From: Marichromatium bheemlicum
GTDB lineage: Bacteria > Pseudomonadota > Gammaproteobacteria > Chromatiales > Chromatiaceae
Length of the DNA stretch: 32,000 bases
Reading direction: 5' to 3'
Assembly: GCF_012276755.1 (NCBI RefSeq)
Contig: NZ_JAAXKX010000007.1
Span: 70,317-102,316 of the forward strand
The translations under genes were made by a program, and so were the position numbers. Every line of letters begins with the position of its first letter. Within the stretch, counting starts at the first letter, position 1. Below are positions 1 to 11,169 of the stretch, piece after piece. A model generated the notes under the pieces. That model had not been told where the DNA came from, made no database searches, and saw nothing but the letters and a program-made list of their open reading frames with translations.

Positions 1-2
1 GG

Positions 3-1511
<1,509 letters not shown>

Positions 1512-1515
1512 GTCG

Positions 1516-3714
1516 TCAGCGCGGTAGGCGGATGATGCGCTCGACCAGTGGGATGCGGCGCAGTCGGCGCATGATCTGGGCGAGGTGGACGCGGCTGCGC
1601 ACCAGGATCACGAACTCCAGCGCGGTGGTCATGCCCTCCTTCTCGCAGGAGACCACGGTCTCGATGTTCGAGCCCTGCTCGGCGACGGCGCTGGCGACCA
1701 CCGCCAGGGCGCCGCGGCGATTGCCGATCTCGACGCGGATCTCGGTGGAGAATTCGCCCTCGGGGGCGCCCGCCCACTCCACTGCCAGGCGACGATCACG
1801 CTTGCGCTCGGGGCTGCCGAGATTGCGACACTCGCTGCGATGGACGACGATGCCGCGTCCGGGGCTGAACTGGGCGGCGATGGTATCGCCCGGGATCGGA
1901 CGACAGCAGCGCGCGAAGCTCACCACCATGCCCTCGGTGCCGCGGATCGCCAAGCGCCCGGGGTGGGCTTTGGCCTCATGACGGGCCTCGGCGCTGAGTT
2001 CTTCGAGTTCGGCGCCGACGAGTCGGCGTGCGACCAGGGCGGCGAGTCGGTTACCGAGTCCGATATCGACGAGCAGGGCGTCGAGGTTGGCGAGCTTGGC
2101 CTCGTCGAGATAGGCGGCGAGACGGGGGGCGGCGACCTGTTCGAGATCGAGTTCGAACACCGAGAGTTCGGCGTTGAGCAGCCGCTTGCCGAGTCCGAGC
2201 GCCTCGCGCTGCTTGAGGTTCTTGAGATAGCTGCGGATGCTGGCGCGGGCCTTGCCTGTAGTGACGAAATTCAGCCAGGAGGCGTTGGGCTTGGCCCCGG
2301 GGGCGGTGATGATCTCGACGCGCTGACCGCTGCGCAGCACCGTGCTGAGTGCCACTAAACGGCGGTCGACGCGGGCGGCGACACAGGTGTTGCCGATATC
2401 GGAGTGGATGGCGAAGGCGAAGTCGACGACGGTGGCGCCGCGTTTGAGGGCGATGATCCGGCCCTTGGGGGTGAAGACATAGACCTCGTCGGGGAAGAGG
2501 TCGACCTTGACGTTCTCGAGGAACTCGACCGAGTTACCGGCCTCGCGCTGCATCTCCAGCAGGTTCTGCAGCCAGTCGGCGGCGAGTGCCGCCGGGTTGG
2601 CGCTCTCGCCGCTCTTGTAGAGCCAGTGCGCGGCGATCCCCGACTCGGCCATGCGCTGCATGTCCTCGGTGCGGATCTGCACCTCGATCTGCACCCCTTG
2701 GGGGCCGACCAGGACGGTGTGCAGCGACTGGTAGCCGTTGGCCTTGGGGATGGCGATATAGTCCTTGAAGCGTCCGGGGACCGGTTTGTAGAGGTTGTGG
2801 ACCATGCCGAGCACCCGGTAGCAGGTGTCGACCCGGTCGACGATCACCCGGAAGGCGAAGACGTCGATCACCTCCTCGAAGGCGCGCTGCTTGTCGCGCA
2901 TCTTGCGATAGATGCCGTAGAGGTGTTTGCGTCGCCCCTCGACGCTGCCGGGAATCGCCTCTTGGGCGAGGGTCTCGCGCAGCGCGTGTTCGACGGCGCT
3001 GATCATCTCGATGCGCGCTCCCTGGGTGCGTTGCACCGCGCGGTGGATGACCTGGCGCCGCCACGGCCAGTGGTGCTCGAAGCCCAGCTCCTCGAGTTCG
3101 ATACGGACCCGGTTGATGCCCAGTCGATTGGCGATCGGGGCGTAGATCTCCAGGGTCTCGCGCGAGATCCGGCGGCAGGCCTCGGGGCGCATCGCGTCGA
3201 GGGTGCGCATGTTGTGCAGGCGGTCGGCGAGCTTGATGAGGATCACGCGGATGTCGCGGGTCATCGCCAGCAGCATCTTCTGCAGGCTCGCCGCCTGTGC
3301 CTCGGCGCGTGAGCCGAAGTCGATCTGCGAGAGCTTGCTGACCCCGTCGACCAGCTCGGCGACCTCGTCGCCGAAGGTCGCGGCGACCTCGGCCTTGGCG
3401 ATGTCGGTGTCCTCGATGACGTCGTGCAGCAGCGCCGCCATCAGGCACTTGTAGTCCATATGCATCCCGGCGAGGATGCGGGCCACCGCGACCGGGTGGT
3501 AGATGTAGGGCTCGCCGGACTTGCGCTTCTGGCCGTCGTGGGCCTCGGCGCCGAACAGATAGGCGCGGTAGAACTCGCGGATCTGATCGGGGGGGAGATA
3601 GGTGTCGAGATAAGCGCAGAGGTCGCTGATGAGATAGCGCGGCGGTTCGGCGCAACGGGGCGGTTCGGGCGCGCGGGCGGTGGGCGGCGCGGCGGTCAGC
3701 GGATCGGCGGGCAT
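1516..3714 (-). CDS. spoT: Bifunctional (p)ppGpp synthetase/hydrolase SpoT/RelA family
   Basis: HD hydrolase motif HDVIEDT and synthetase motif RFKDYIAIPKANGYQSLHT, followed by TGS and ACT-like C-terminal regions. It lies directly downstream of rpoZ. The start is ambiguous: ATG at 3714 or GTG at 3759. Neither has a clear SD. Confidence 0.93.
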   Translation of the reverse strand: MPADPLTAAPPTARAPEPPRCAEPPRYLISDLCAYLDTYLPPDQIREFYRAYLFGAEAHDGQKRKSGEPYIYHPVAVARILAGMHMDYKCLMAALLHDVIEDTDIAKAEVAATFGDEVAELVDGVSKLSQIDFGSRAEAQAASLQKMLLAMTRDIRVILIKLADRLHNMRTLDAMRPEACRRISRETLEIYAPIANRLGINRVRIELEELGFEHHWPWRRQVIHRAVQRTQGARIEMISAVEHALRETLAQEAIPGSVEGRRKHLYGIYRKMRDKQRAFEEVIDVFAFRVIVDRVDTCYRVLGMVHNLYKPVPGRFKDYIAIPKANGYQSLHTVLVGPQGVQIEVQIRTEDMQRMAESGIAAHWLYKSGESANPAALAADWLQNLLEMQREAGNSVEFLENVKVDLFPDEVYVFTPKGRIIALKRGATVVDFAFAIHSDIGNTCVAARVDRRLVALSTVLRSGQRVEIITAPGAKPNASWLNFVTTGKARASIRSYLKNLKQREALGLGKRLLNAELSVFELDLEQVAAPRLAAYLDEAKLANLDALLVDIGLGNRLAALVARRLVGAELEELSAEARHEAKAHPGRLAIRGTEGMVVSFARCCRPIPGDTIAAQFSPGRGIVVHRSECRNLGSPERKRDRRLAVEWAGAPEGEFSTEIRVEIGNRRGALAVVASAVAEQGSNIETVVSCEKEGMTTALEFVILVRSRVHLAQIMRRLRRIPLVERIIRLPR

Positions 3715-3820
3715 GGACGGCGCGATGCGGGGGTGGGGGTTGATCCATGCGTGCGCCACCGGGCGTGTTGCCGGTGTGCACGCCCGGGTGCGGGTCCGGT
3801 GGCCCGCGGCGAGGACACGG

Positions 3821-4108
3821 CTAACGCGCCTCGTTGCGTGGCGCCTCGGTCGCGGCCAGTTCAGCGGCGAGCGCCTGCTCGAGCGAGGCGGCCTCGTCGA
3901 TCTCGCTCTGTGCCTCCTGAATGGTGCTCTTGGAGACGTTCTCTGCGGCGATCTCGCGCAGCGCCATCACCGTCGGCTTGTCGTTCTCCCAGGGCAGGGT
4001 GGGCTCGACGCCATTGGCGAGCTGGCGCGCGCGCTTGGTCGCGAGCAGCACCAGATCGAAGCGGTTGTCGACGTTCTTGAGGCAGTCCTCGACAGTAATT
4101 CTTGCCAT
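3821..4108 (-). CDS. rpoZ: DNA-directed RNA polymerase subunit omega
   Basis: The N-terminus [30 protein letters not shown] is the canonical RpoZ sequence. The gmk-rpoZ-spoT order is conserved. Confidence 0.95.
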   Translation of the reverse strand: MARITVEDCLKNVDNRFDLVLLATKRARQLANGVEPTLPWENDKPTVMALREIAAENVSKSTIQEAQSEIDEAASLEQALAAELAATEAPRNEAR

Positions 4109-4377
4109 GGTCGGGTGATCTCTAAAAAGCTATTTCCGAAGCGGATGAGTCCGGGGCGGACCGGGTGTCTCGACGCGCTGTATGGCGTCGCGACGGGGTC
4201 TCGGGGCGGTCCTGGTGACGGCCCGCGAACAGGGTGTGAACAGCCTCCAGACTACCACAAGATCGCGGCGCCCAAACAGGGTGCCGGCGGTCGTGGTCGG
4301 TCTCTTCTCCGATTCCTAGTTGGTGGCGTTCGGGTCGGGCCCCAAGGGTGTTCGCGCACGCCCGGCGCCGGGGCCGG

Positions 4378-4983
4378 TCAGTCGCCGAGCAGCTCGGTGA
4401 GCTTGGGTTGCTGGCGTGGTTGGCGTTGGCGCTCGGCGGCGATGATCGCCGTCAGGGTGGTGAGTGCGTCCTCGAAGTCGCCGTTGACCACCAGGTAATC
4501 GTATTCGTCGCCGTGGATCATCTCGTCGCGTGCCTGGGCCATGCGTTCGGCGATCACGGTGTCGCTGTCGGTGCCGCGTCCACGCAGCCGGCGTTCGAGT
4601 TCGGTGATCGAGGGCGGTAGCACGAAGATGCTCACCGCCTCGGGGATACGAGCACGGACCTGACGCGCGCCCTGCCAATCGATCTCAAGGATCAGGTCCT
4701 CGCCGGCCTCGAGGCGCGCGCGCACGTCCTGCTCGCGGGTGCCGTAGAGGTTGCCGAAGACCTCGGCCGACTCGAGGAAGTCGCCGGCGGCGATCGCCTG
4801 CTCGAAGCGTTCGCGGGCGAGGAAGTGATAGTGGACGCCGTCGCGCTCGCCGGTGCGCGGCGCGCGGGTGGTGCAGGAGACCGAGAGCGCGAGCGCGCGA
4901 TCACGCTCGAGGAGCGCCCGGACCAGACTGGTCTTGCCGGCGCCGGAGGGCGCCGAGACGATGAAGAGGATGCCTTGTCCCAT
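4378..4983 (-). CDS. gmk: Guanylate kinase
   Basis: P-loop SAPSGAGKTS directly after the internal ATG at 4983 (MGQGILFIVSAPSGAGKTS). The product is 201 aa. The longer ORF to 5094 adds an Arg/Gly-rich non-homologous extension and is rejected. Confidence 0.93.
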   Translation of the reverse strand: MGQGILFIVSAPSGAGKTSLVRALLERDRALALSVSCTTRAPRTGERDGVHYHFLARERFEQAIAAGDFLESAEVFGNLYGTREQDVRARLEAGEDLILEIDWQGARQVRARIPEAVSIFVLPPSITELERRLRGRGTDSDTVIAERMAQARDEMIHGDEYDYLVVNGDFEDALTTLTAIIAAERQRQPRQQPKLTELLGD

Positions 4984-5131
4984 TACGGGTGTGCCTTCGA
5001 CGGTGGGGGTCCCGCACGCTCGCCGACGGTGTCTGGTGCCGGCGCTGCGGCCGCGAGAACAACGACCCCGGGGCGCGATGCCGGACGCGTCCACGCGTGA
5101 ATCGAGGCGCGCGAGACGGAAAAAAGGCGAG

Positions 5132-5161
5132 ATTATACGACCCTGCGGGCGCTTGCGTCAG
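5132..5161 (-). promoter_or_regulatory. Candidate sigma-70 promoter for gmk-rpoZ-spoT (CTGACG-N18-TATAAT on minus strand)
   Basis: There is a perfect TATAAT hexamer (plus-strand attata, 5132-5137) in an otherwise GC-rich context. CTGACG (5156-5161) lies 18 nt upstream and overlaps the phnP stop codon. The site is about 150 nt upstream of the gmk ATG. Confidence 0.35.
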
Positions 5162-6000
5162 GTTACAAGTCGCGCCTCAGGGGGCGAGCGGGTCGCATCG
5201 GCGTGTCGCGAGGGGCGGTGCGTTGTCCGCACCTGGCCATCGCCCGCCAGGCGCAGGCCGTCGGCGGCGACCCGGACGCCCTCGGGCAACGCGTTGCCTG
5301 GCTGACGCAACCAGTCGTCGAGGTGATGGCCGACATGGGTCAGCCACAACCGGGGGGCGCCACTCGCGCGCCATAGCGCCAGCGCGGTGGTGAGGTCGTT
5401 GTGATTGCGTGGCGGCCGTGGCTGTGGCGGGACGTGGCAGTCGAGCACCAGGGCGGCGACCGGGTGTCGCTGTAGGTGGCGCAGCGTCGTTTCGGGCAGG
5501 CCGGCGGTATCGGTCAGGTAGGCGAGCCGATGGCGCTGATGGCGCAGCACATAGCCCTGGGTCGGGCGGGAGTGGCGCAACGGCAGCGGGGTGATGTGCA
5601 GGTCGCCGAGGTCGTGTTCGACGAAGGGCGCGAGGGGGGGGCGGAAGTCGAGTACCCCGGGGTGCTTGTAGAGATCATCGGCGCCGATCGGGTCGTCGGG
5701 GCGGTGCACCGGGATGCGGGGCGTGCGTTCGCACCAGCGCAGCGGGAACAGCCCCTGGACGTGATCCATGTGGAAGTGGGTGAGGAGAATGCGACGGATC
5801 TGGCCGAAGGCGAAGCGGCGTGCGAGGTCGCCGACACCGGCATCGATCAGGGTCACGCCGGTCTCGGTGTGAACGGCCACACAGGCGCTCTCGCGCCGGC
5901 GCGCGGGGTCAGCGCTGGCGCGCCGGCAGGCCGGGCAGTCGCATCCCCACACCGGGACGCCGGCGGCGTCACCCGTGCCGATGAACTCGATCTCAAACAT
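5158..6000 (-). CDS. phnP: Phosphoribosyl 1,2-cyclic phosphate phosphodiesterase PhnP (metallo-beta-lactamase fold)
   Basis: MBL motif HFHMDH and the N-terminal Cys cluster GCDCPAC typical of PhnP. It is the last gene of the phn cluster. The ATG at 6000 overlaps the phnN stop by 8 nt. The upstream ORF extension to 6159 is rejected. Confidence 0.88.
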   Translation of the reverse strand: MFEIEFIGTGDAAGVPVWGCDCPACRRASADPARRRESACVAVHTETGVTLIDAGVGDLARRFAFGQIRRILLTHFHMDHVQGLFPLRWCERTPRIPVHRPDDPIGADDLYKHPGVLDFRPPLAPFVEHDLGDLHITPLPLRHSRPTQGYVLRHQRHRLAYLTDTAGLPETTLRHLQRHPVAALVLDCHVPPQPRPPRNHNDLTTALALWRASGAPRLWLTHVGHHLDDWLRQPGNALPEGVRVAADGLRLAGDGQVRTTHRPSRHADATRSPPEARLVT

Positions 6001-6562
6001 CGGCGGGTGCTCCGAGATGGGCGAGCAACAGGCGCTGTAGCCGTGTGAGCGCGGCGTCGAGGTCGCCGTTGTTGTCGATTCGCAGCGTCTGTCCCCGTCG
6101 TTCGCGTTCGAGTCGGGCGTTGCGGGCGAGACGGGCGCTGATCGCCGCCTCGTCCTCACGTCCGCGCGCGCGCAGTCGTTGTCGCAGGCGTTGCGGGTCG
6201 ACCCGCACCTCCACCGGCATCAGTCGTTCGCCGAAGCAGCGCCGGGCCTGTTCGAGGTGGGCACGCGAGCCGTTGGCGATTACCGACTGGCCGCTGTCCA
6301 GCCAGGCGTCGAGTTCGATACCGAGGGCGTAGCGGCAACCGTTGGCCTGCCAGTGCAGCTTGAACAGCCCACGCTCGAGCCGTTGCGCGAATTCCTCGGC
6401 GCTCAGCGCGATGTGGTTCTCGCCGCCGGCGTGCCAGTCGCGGGTGATGTAACGGTGGGCGAAGAGCAGCGGCGCGCGCCCGCCGAGGCGCTGGCGCAGC
6501 CCCTGGAGCAGGGCGTCCTTGCCGCTGCCCGAGGGGCCGATCAGGTAGAACAGCGTGGCCAT
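5993..6562 (-). CDS. phnN: Ribose 1,5-bisphosphate phosphokinase PhnN
   Basis: MATLFYLIGPSGSGKDALL P-loop, 189 aa, guanylate-kinase-like fold. It sits between phnM and phnP. The longer ORF to 6880 is rejected. Confidence 0.88.
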   Translation of the reverse strand: MATLFYLIGPSGSGKDALLQGLRQRLGGRAPLLFAHRYITRDWHAGGENHIALSAEEFAQRLERGLFKLHWQANGCRYALGIELDAWLDSGQSVIANGSRAHLEQARRCFGERLMPVEVRVDPQRLRQRLRARGREDEAAISARLARNARLERERRGQTLRIDNNGDLDAALTRLQRLLLAHLGAPADV

Positions 6563-6569
6563 GATGTGC

Positions 6570-7706
6570 TCAGAACACCCGCTCGCCGTCCTTCCACACC
6601 CGATGGATGTGGGCGTGGTCGTCGATCGCCTCGCACCACACCAGATCGGCCTTGAGCCCGGGGGCGATACGACCGCGATCGCGTAGGCCGGCAGCGGCGG
6701 CGGGGCGGGTGCTGACCAGCGCGGTGGCGGCGGCGAGGTCGTAGTCGTTGCGCGCGTCGCCGGCGAGCTTGAAGACCGCATCGAGCAGGCTCGCCGGGTA
6801 ATAGTCGCTGGAGAGGATGTCGAGCAAGCCCGCGCTGGCGAGGGTGTGGGCGGCGATGTTGCCCGAGTGTGAGCCGCCACGCACCACGTTGGGCGCGCCC
6901 ATCAGCACGGCGATGCCGCGGTCGTGGGAGGCGCGTGCGGCCTCGTGGGTGGTGGGGAACTCGGCGATGACCATGCCCAGGGTGTGCGACTCCTCGACAT
7001 GTGCGCTGGTGGCGTCGTCGTGGCTCGCCAGCGGGATGCCGTGCTCGCGGCAACTGGCACAGATCGCTTGGCGATAACGGTCGCTGTAGCGGCGACTGGC
7101 CTCGCTCTGACGGGCGACGAAGGTCTCGAGTTCGGCGTCGCTGAGCTTGTACTTGCCCTGGTAGTACTCGCGGTACTTGACCGGGTCGGCGAACTGGCGC
7201 TGGCCGGGTGAGTGATCCATCACCGAGACCAGCTGCGGCGGGTGCTCGACGAGTAGTCGCTCGAAGTTCTCCAGGGTGTCGGCATGGCTGACCTCGCAGC
7301 GCAGGTGCAGCAGGTGCTCGGCGCGGGTCAGGCCGCGGCGGCGGCACGTCTCGAGCGCCTCGGCCATGCGGGTCAGGTTGCCGACGCGCTCGCTGCGCTC
7401 GATCACGTCGCCGATGGCGATGGCATCGAAGACCGTGGTGATGCCGGCGCTGATCATCTGCGCGTCGTGTACCTTGAACGCCTGCGTCCCCGGCCAGGCG
7501 ACCCCGGGGCGCGGGGTGAAGTGCTTCTCCATGTTGTCGGTGTGCAGCTCGATCAGCCCCGGCAGCAGGTAGCCCCCGGCGCAGTCGAGCGCCCCGGGCA
7601 GATTGGTGGTGGCGCTGTCGAGCGCGCTGATGCGACCGTCGCGGATCTCCAGCGAGCCGTGGATGATGTCGTCGTCGAGGACGATGCGGGCGTTGGTCAG
7701 AATCAC
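6570..7706 (-). CDS. phnM: Alpha-D-ribose 1-methylphosphonate 5-triphosphate diphosphatase PhnM (amidohydrolase)
   Basis: [12 protein letters not shown]...[18 protein letters not shown] amidohydrolase metal motif. The product is 378 aa, the same size as I recall for E. coli PhnM. The GTG start at 7706 forms a GTGA overlap with the phnL stop. The 576-aa ORF N-terminal part is in-frame read-through of phnL antisense space and is rejected. Confidence 0.88.
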   Translation of the reverse strand: MILTNARIVLDDDIIHGSLEIRDGRISALDSATTNLPGALDCAGGYLLPGLIELHTDNMEKHFTPRPGVAWPGTQAFKVHDAQMISAGITTVFDAIAIGDVIERSERVGNLTRMAEALETCRRRGLTRAEHLLHLRCEVSHADTLENFERLLVEHPPQLVSVMDHSPGQRQFADPVKYREYYQGKYKLSDAELETFVARQSEASRRYSDRYRQAICASCREHGIPLASHDDATSAHVEESHTLGMVIAEFPTTHEAARASHDRGIAVLMGAPNVVRGGSHSGNIAAHTLASAGLLDILSSDYYPASLLDAVFKLAGDARNDYDLAAATALVSTRPAAAAGLRDRGRIAPGLKADLVWCEAIDDHAHIHRVWKDGERVF

Positions 7707-8413
7707 GAGGCCATCCTGTCGGTTGCGGCTTGGGGTTGGACGTGGAAGATCCGGTCGGCGACGGCGTCGCGCACCTCGCTGTCGTGGAAGATGCCGACGA
7801 TGGCGGTGCCGCGATCGCGCGCTTGGCCGATCAGCTCGACCACGGTGGCGGCGTTGCGCCGGTCGAGCGAGGCGGTGGGCTCGTCGAGCAGCAGGATCGG
7901 GTAGTCGACGATGAAGCCGCGGGCGATGTTGACGCGTTGTTGTTCGCCGCCGGAGAAGGTCCCGGGCGGTAGCGACCACAGCCGCTGCGGGATGTGCAGC
8001 CGTTCGAGCAGCTCGCCGGCACGGGCCTGGGCCTGGGCGGTCTCGACACCGCGCAGGCGCAGTGGCTCGGCGACTACCTCCAGGGTCGGGACCCGGGGGA
8101 TGACGCGCAGGAACTGGCTGACATAACCGATGGTCTCGCGGCGGATCTGCAGCAGCGTCTGGCTGTCGGCGCCGCTCAGCGCCACCAGCTCGCCGCGATG
8201 ACGGACATGGATGCTGCCGCTGGTGGGCAGATAGTTGGCATAGAGCGAGCGCAGCAGGGTGCTCTTGCCCGAGCCGCTCTCGCCGAACAGTACCGTGCAC
8301 TCACCGCGCTTGGCGGTGAAGTCGATGCCGCGGAACACGGGCAGCTGGGTGCCGCCCTGGTTGTGCAGGGTGAAGACCTTGGTCAGTCCCCGCACCTCGA
8401 TCATGGTCTGCAT
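7703..8413 (-). CDS. phnL: C-P lyase system ATP-binding subunit PhnL
   Basis: ABC ATPase motifs [21 protein letters not shown] and [15 protein letters not shown] lies 8 nt upstream of the ATG at 8413. It sits between phnK and phnM. Confidence 0.9.
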   Translation of the reverse strand: MQTMIEVRGLTKVFTLHNQGGTQLPVFRGIDFTAKRGECTVLFGESGSGKSTLLRSLYANYLPTSGSIHVRHRGELVALSGADSQTLLQIRRETIGYVSQFLRVIPRVPTLEVVAEPLRLRGVETAQAQARAGELLERLHIPQRLWSLPPGTFSGGEQQRVNIARGFIVDYPILLLDEPTASLDRRNAATVVELIGQARDRGTAIVGIFHDSEVRDAVADRIFHVQPQAATDRMAS

Positions 8414-8429
8414 CGGATCGTCTCCGGGG

Positions 8430-9206
8430 TCAGGCGGTGAGGACGGAGGACACCAGCAGCTGGGTGTAGGCGTGCTGGGGGTCGTCGAGTACCTGGTCGG
8501 TGAGGCCGCTCTCGACGACCTGGCTGCGGCGCATCACGATCAGCCGCTGGGCGAGCAGTCGTGCCACCGCCAGGTCGTGGGTGACGATCACCACCGCCAG
8601 CCCGAGCTCGGTGACCAGCTGGCGCAGCAGGTCGAGCAGCCGCGCCTGGACCGAGACATCGAGCCCGCCGGTGGGCTCGTCCATGAACACCAGACGCGGA
8701 TGGGTGACCAGGTTGCGGGCGATCTGCAGCCGTTGCTGCATGCCGCCGGAGTAGGTCGTCGGTCGATCGTCGATCCGCCCGACGTCGAGCTCGACGTCAC
8801 GCATCCAGCGCGCGGCGGTGGCGCGTAGCTGGCCGTAGTGGCGCTCGCCGGTGGCCATCAGTCGCTCGCCGATGTTGGCCCCGCCGGAGACGCCCATGCG
8901 CAGCCCGTCGCGGGCGTGCTGGTGGACGATGCCCCACTCGGTGCGTTGCAGTTGACGCTGACGCGCCTCGCTGAGCTGGTAGAGATCGACGGTCTCGCCC
9001 GCGTCGGTGCGATAGAGGATCGATCCCGAGTCCGGCGCCAGTCGCGCCGACAGGCAGCTCAGCAGGGTCGACTTACCGGAGCCGGACTCGCCGACGATGC
9101 CGAGCACCTCACCGGGATAGAGATCGAAGCTGACCTCGCGACAGCCCTTGCCCGGGGCGTGGAGCTTGGTGAGCTGGCGCACCTGCAGCAGTGGTTCGCG
9201 GTTCAT
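8430..9206 (-). CDS. phnK: C-P lyase system ATP-binding protein PhnK
   Basis: ABC ATPase motifs [21 protein letters not shown] and [14 protein letters not shown] start/stop overlap with phnJ. Confidence 0.9.
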   Translation of the reverse strand: MNREPLLQVRQLTKLHAPGKGCREVSFDLYPGEVLGIVGESGSGKSTLLSCLSARLAPDSGSILYRTDAGETVDLYQLSEARQRQLQRTEWGIVHQHARDGLRMGVSGGANIGERLMATGERHYGQLRATAARWMRDVELDVGRIDDRPTTYSGGMQQRLQIARNLVTHPRLVFMDEPTGGLDVSVQARLLDLLRQLVTELGLAVVIVTHDLAVARLLAQRLIVMRRSQVVESGLTDQVLDDPQHAYTQLLVSSVLTA

Positions 9207-10063
9207 GCCTTCTCCTCCTGGCGTGCCAGGCGTGTGCGGCAGTAGTCGGTGTCGGAGCAGATGAAGGTGTGGCCACCCTGGTCGTCCAGGATCACCTCAT
9301 CGAGGAAGCTGTCGGTAGCGCCGCAGATGGCGCAGCACTGGTCCCAGCGCTGGACCTCGAAGGGGTGGTCGGCGAAGTCGAGGCTACGCACCTCGGTGTA
9401 GGGCGGGACGGCATAGATGCGTTTCTCGCGCCCGGCGCCGAACAGCTGCAGCGCCGGTGAGTGGTCCATCTTCGGGTTGTCGAACTTGGGGATCGGCGAG
9501 GGATCCATCACATAGCGCCCGTTTACCCGTACCGGATAGGCGTAGGAGGTGGCGATGTGACCGAATTGGGCGATGTCCTCATAAAGCTTGATGTGCATCA
9601 CCCCGTAATCCTCGAGCGCGTGCATCTTGCGCGTCTCCACCTCGCTCGGTTCGATGAAGCGCAACGGCTCCGGGATGGGGACCTGATAGACCAGGATCTG
9701 GTCCTCGTGCAGCGGGGTCTCGGGGATGCGGTGCCGGGTCTGGATCAGCGTCGCCTGCTCGGTGCGCTCGGTGGTCGCGACCCCGGTGAGATCCCGGAAG
9801 AAGGCGCGGATGCTGACCGCGTTGGTGGTGTCGTCGGCGCCCTGGTCGATCACCTTGAGGCAGTCGTCACGACCGATGATCGCGGCGCTCACCTGCATGC
9901 CGCCGGTGCCCCAGCCGTAGGGCATCGGCATCTCGCGACCGCCGAAGGGCACCTGATAACCGGGGATGGCCACCGCCTTGAGCAGGGCGCGCCGGATCAT
10001 GCCCTTGGTCTGCTCGTCGAGATAGGCGAAGTTGTAGCCGGCACGGGTGGCGGGTGCGCTCAT
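9203..10063 (-). CDS. phnJ: Alpha-D-ribose 1-methylphosphonate 5-phosphate C-P lyase PhnJ (radical SAM-type)
   Basis: The highly conserved PhnJ N-terminus YNFAYLDEQTKGMIRRALLKAVAIPGYQVPFGGREMPMPYGWGTGG. C-terminal Cys cluster CCAICG...ICSDTDYC. The ATG at 10063 forms an ATGA overlap with the phnI stop. The ORF extension to 10387 is rejected. Confidence 0.93.
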   Translation of the reverse strand: MSAPATRAGYNFAYLDEQTKGMIRRALLKAVAIPGYQVPFGGREMPMPYGWGTGGMQVSAAIIGRDDCLKVIDQGADDTTNAVSIRAFFRDLTGVATTERTEQATLIQTRHRIPETPLHEDQILVYQVPIPEPLRFIEPSEVETRKMHALEDYGVMHIKLYEDIAQFGHIATSYAYPVRVNGRYVMDPSPIPKFDNPKMDHSPALQLFGAGREKRIYAVPPYTEVRSLDFADHPFEVQRWDQCCAICGATDSFLDEVILDDQGGHTFICSDTDYCRTRLARQEEKA

Positions 10064-11169
10064 GCCGGATCCTCCTCGCCGGCGCTGTCGGCAGCGGCGC
10101 GGATACGGCGCAGCAGCTCCAGTTCGGACTGGAAGTCGACATAGTGCGGCAGCTTGAGATGGGAGACGAAGCCGGCGGCCTCGACGTTGTCGCAGTGCGA
10201 GAGCACGAACTCCTCCTGTTGTGCCGGCGAGACCGCGGTCTCGCCATGGTCCTCGGCCTGCAGGGCGCGATCGACCAGCGCCATGGCCATCGCCTTGCGC
10301 TCGCACTGGCCGAGTCCGAGCCCGTAGCCGCGGGTGAAACGCACCTCGCCGTCGTCGTGCCGGGTGAAGCCGTTGACCGTCTCGCACTCGGTGACCTGGA
10401 GGGTGCCGATGGTGATCGGGAAGCCCAGTTCCTCGGGGACGATCTCGACCTCGACCTCACCGATGCGGATCTCGCCGGCGAAGGGGTGGTTGCGGCCGTA
10501 GCCGCGCTGGGTGGAATAGCCCAACGCCAGCAGGAAGCCCTCGTCACCGCGCACCAGCGCCTGCAGTCGGGCGCTGCGGTCACAGGGATAGGTCGGCGGG
10601 TCCTGGGTGATGTCGGTCGGCTCGTCGCCGCGGTCGTGCTCGCCGATCATCAGCCCCTCGCGCTCGAGCAGCTCCAGCACGCGCGGGGTCGGTGGCGGCT
10701 GCGACGCTGCTGGTGCGGTGTCGACCGTCTCCGACGGCGGTGCCGGTGCGGCGGGTTCACCCTCGGCCAGCAGGCTGAAGTCGAGCAGGCGGTGGGTGTA
10801 GTCGAAGGTCGGGCCGAGCACTTGTCCTCCGGGCAGATCCTTGTAGGTCGCCGAGATCCGCCGCTCGATGTGCATGTGCGTGGTGTCGATCGGCTCACTG
10901 CTGGTGAAGCGCGGCAAGGTGGTGCGATAGGCACGCAGCAGGAAGATCGCCTCGACCAGATCGCCGGCGGCCTGCTTGATCGCCAGCGCCGCCAGCTCGC
11001 GGTCGTAGACCGAGCCCTCGGTCATCACCCGGTCGACGGCCAGCGCCAGTTGTTGGTCAATCTGCGCGACCCCGATCTCGGGGGTCTCGGGCGCGCCTCG
11101 GCGCCGTTTGGCGAGCAGCGTGTGGGCCGCGGCGATGGCACGCTCCCCGCCTTTGACTGCGACATACAT
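10060..11169 (-). CDS. phnI: RPnTP synthase subunit PhnI
   Basis: MYVAVKGGERAIAAAHTLL...AIKQAAGDLVEAIFLLRAYRTTLPRF is the typical PhnI N-terminus. The product is 369 aa. Its start overlaps the phnH stop by 1 nt (TGATG). The ORF extension to 11583 is rejected. Confidence 0.9.
   Translation of the reverse strand: MYVAVKGGERAIAAAHTLLAKRRRGAPETPEIGVAQIDQQLALAVDRVMTEGSVYDRELAALAIKQAAGDLVEAIFLLRAYRTTLPRFTSSEPIDTTHMHIERRISATYKDLPGGQVLGPTFDYTHRLLDFSLLAEGEPAAPAPPSETVDTAPAASQPPPTPRVLELLEREGLMIGEHDRGDEPTDITQDPPTYPCDRSARLQALVRGDEGFLLALGYSTQRGYGRNHPFAGEIRIGEVEVEIVPEELGFPITIGTLQVTECETVNGFTRHDDGEVRFTRGYGLGLGQCERKAMAMALVDRALQAEDHGETAVSPAQQEEFVLSHCDNVEAAGFVSHLKLPHYVDFQSELELLRRIRAAADSAGEEDPA

Noticed and set aside
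4361-4372. 12-bp perfect palindrome CCCGGCGCCGGG just after the gmk stop, considered as a terminator.
   Set aside because: A hairpin would have at most a 5-bp stem with a 2-nt loop, and there is no U-tract. gmk-rpoZ-spoT are expected to be co-transcribed.
5994-6880. N-terminal extensions of track ORFs for phnN, phnP, phnM, phnJ, phnI, phnG, phnE, phnD, phnC, gmk, argB, proC, pyrE, rph and the metallophosphoesterase.
   Set aside because: In every case an internal ATG or GTG coincides with the start of family homology. It also coincides with the stop codon of the upstream gene (ATGA, GTGA or a small gap). The extensions overlap upstream genes and are compositionally aberrant.
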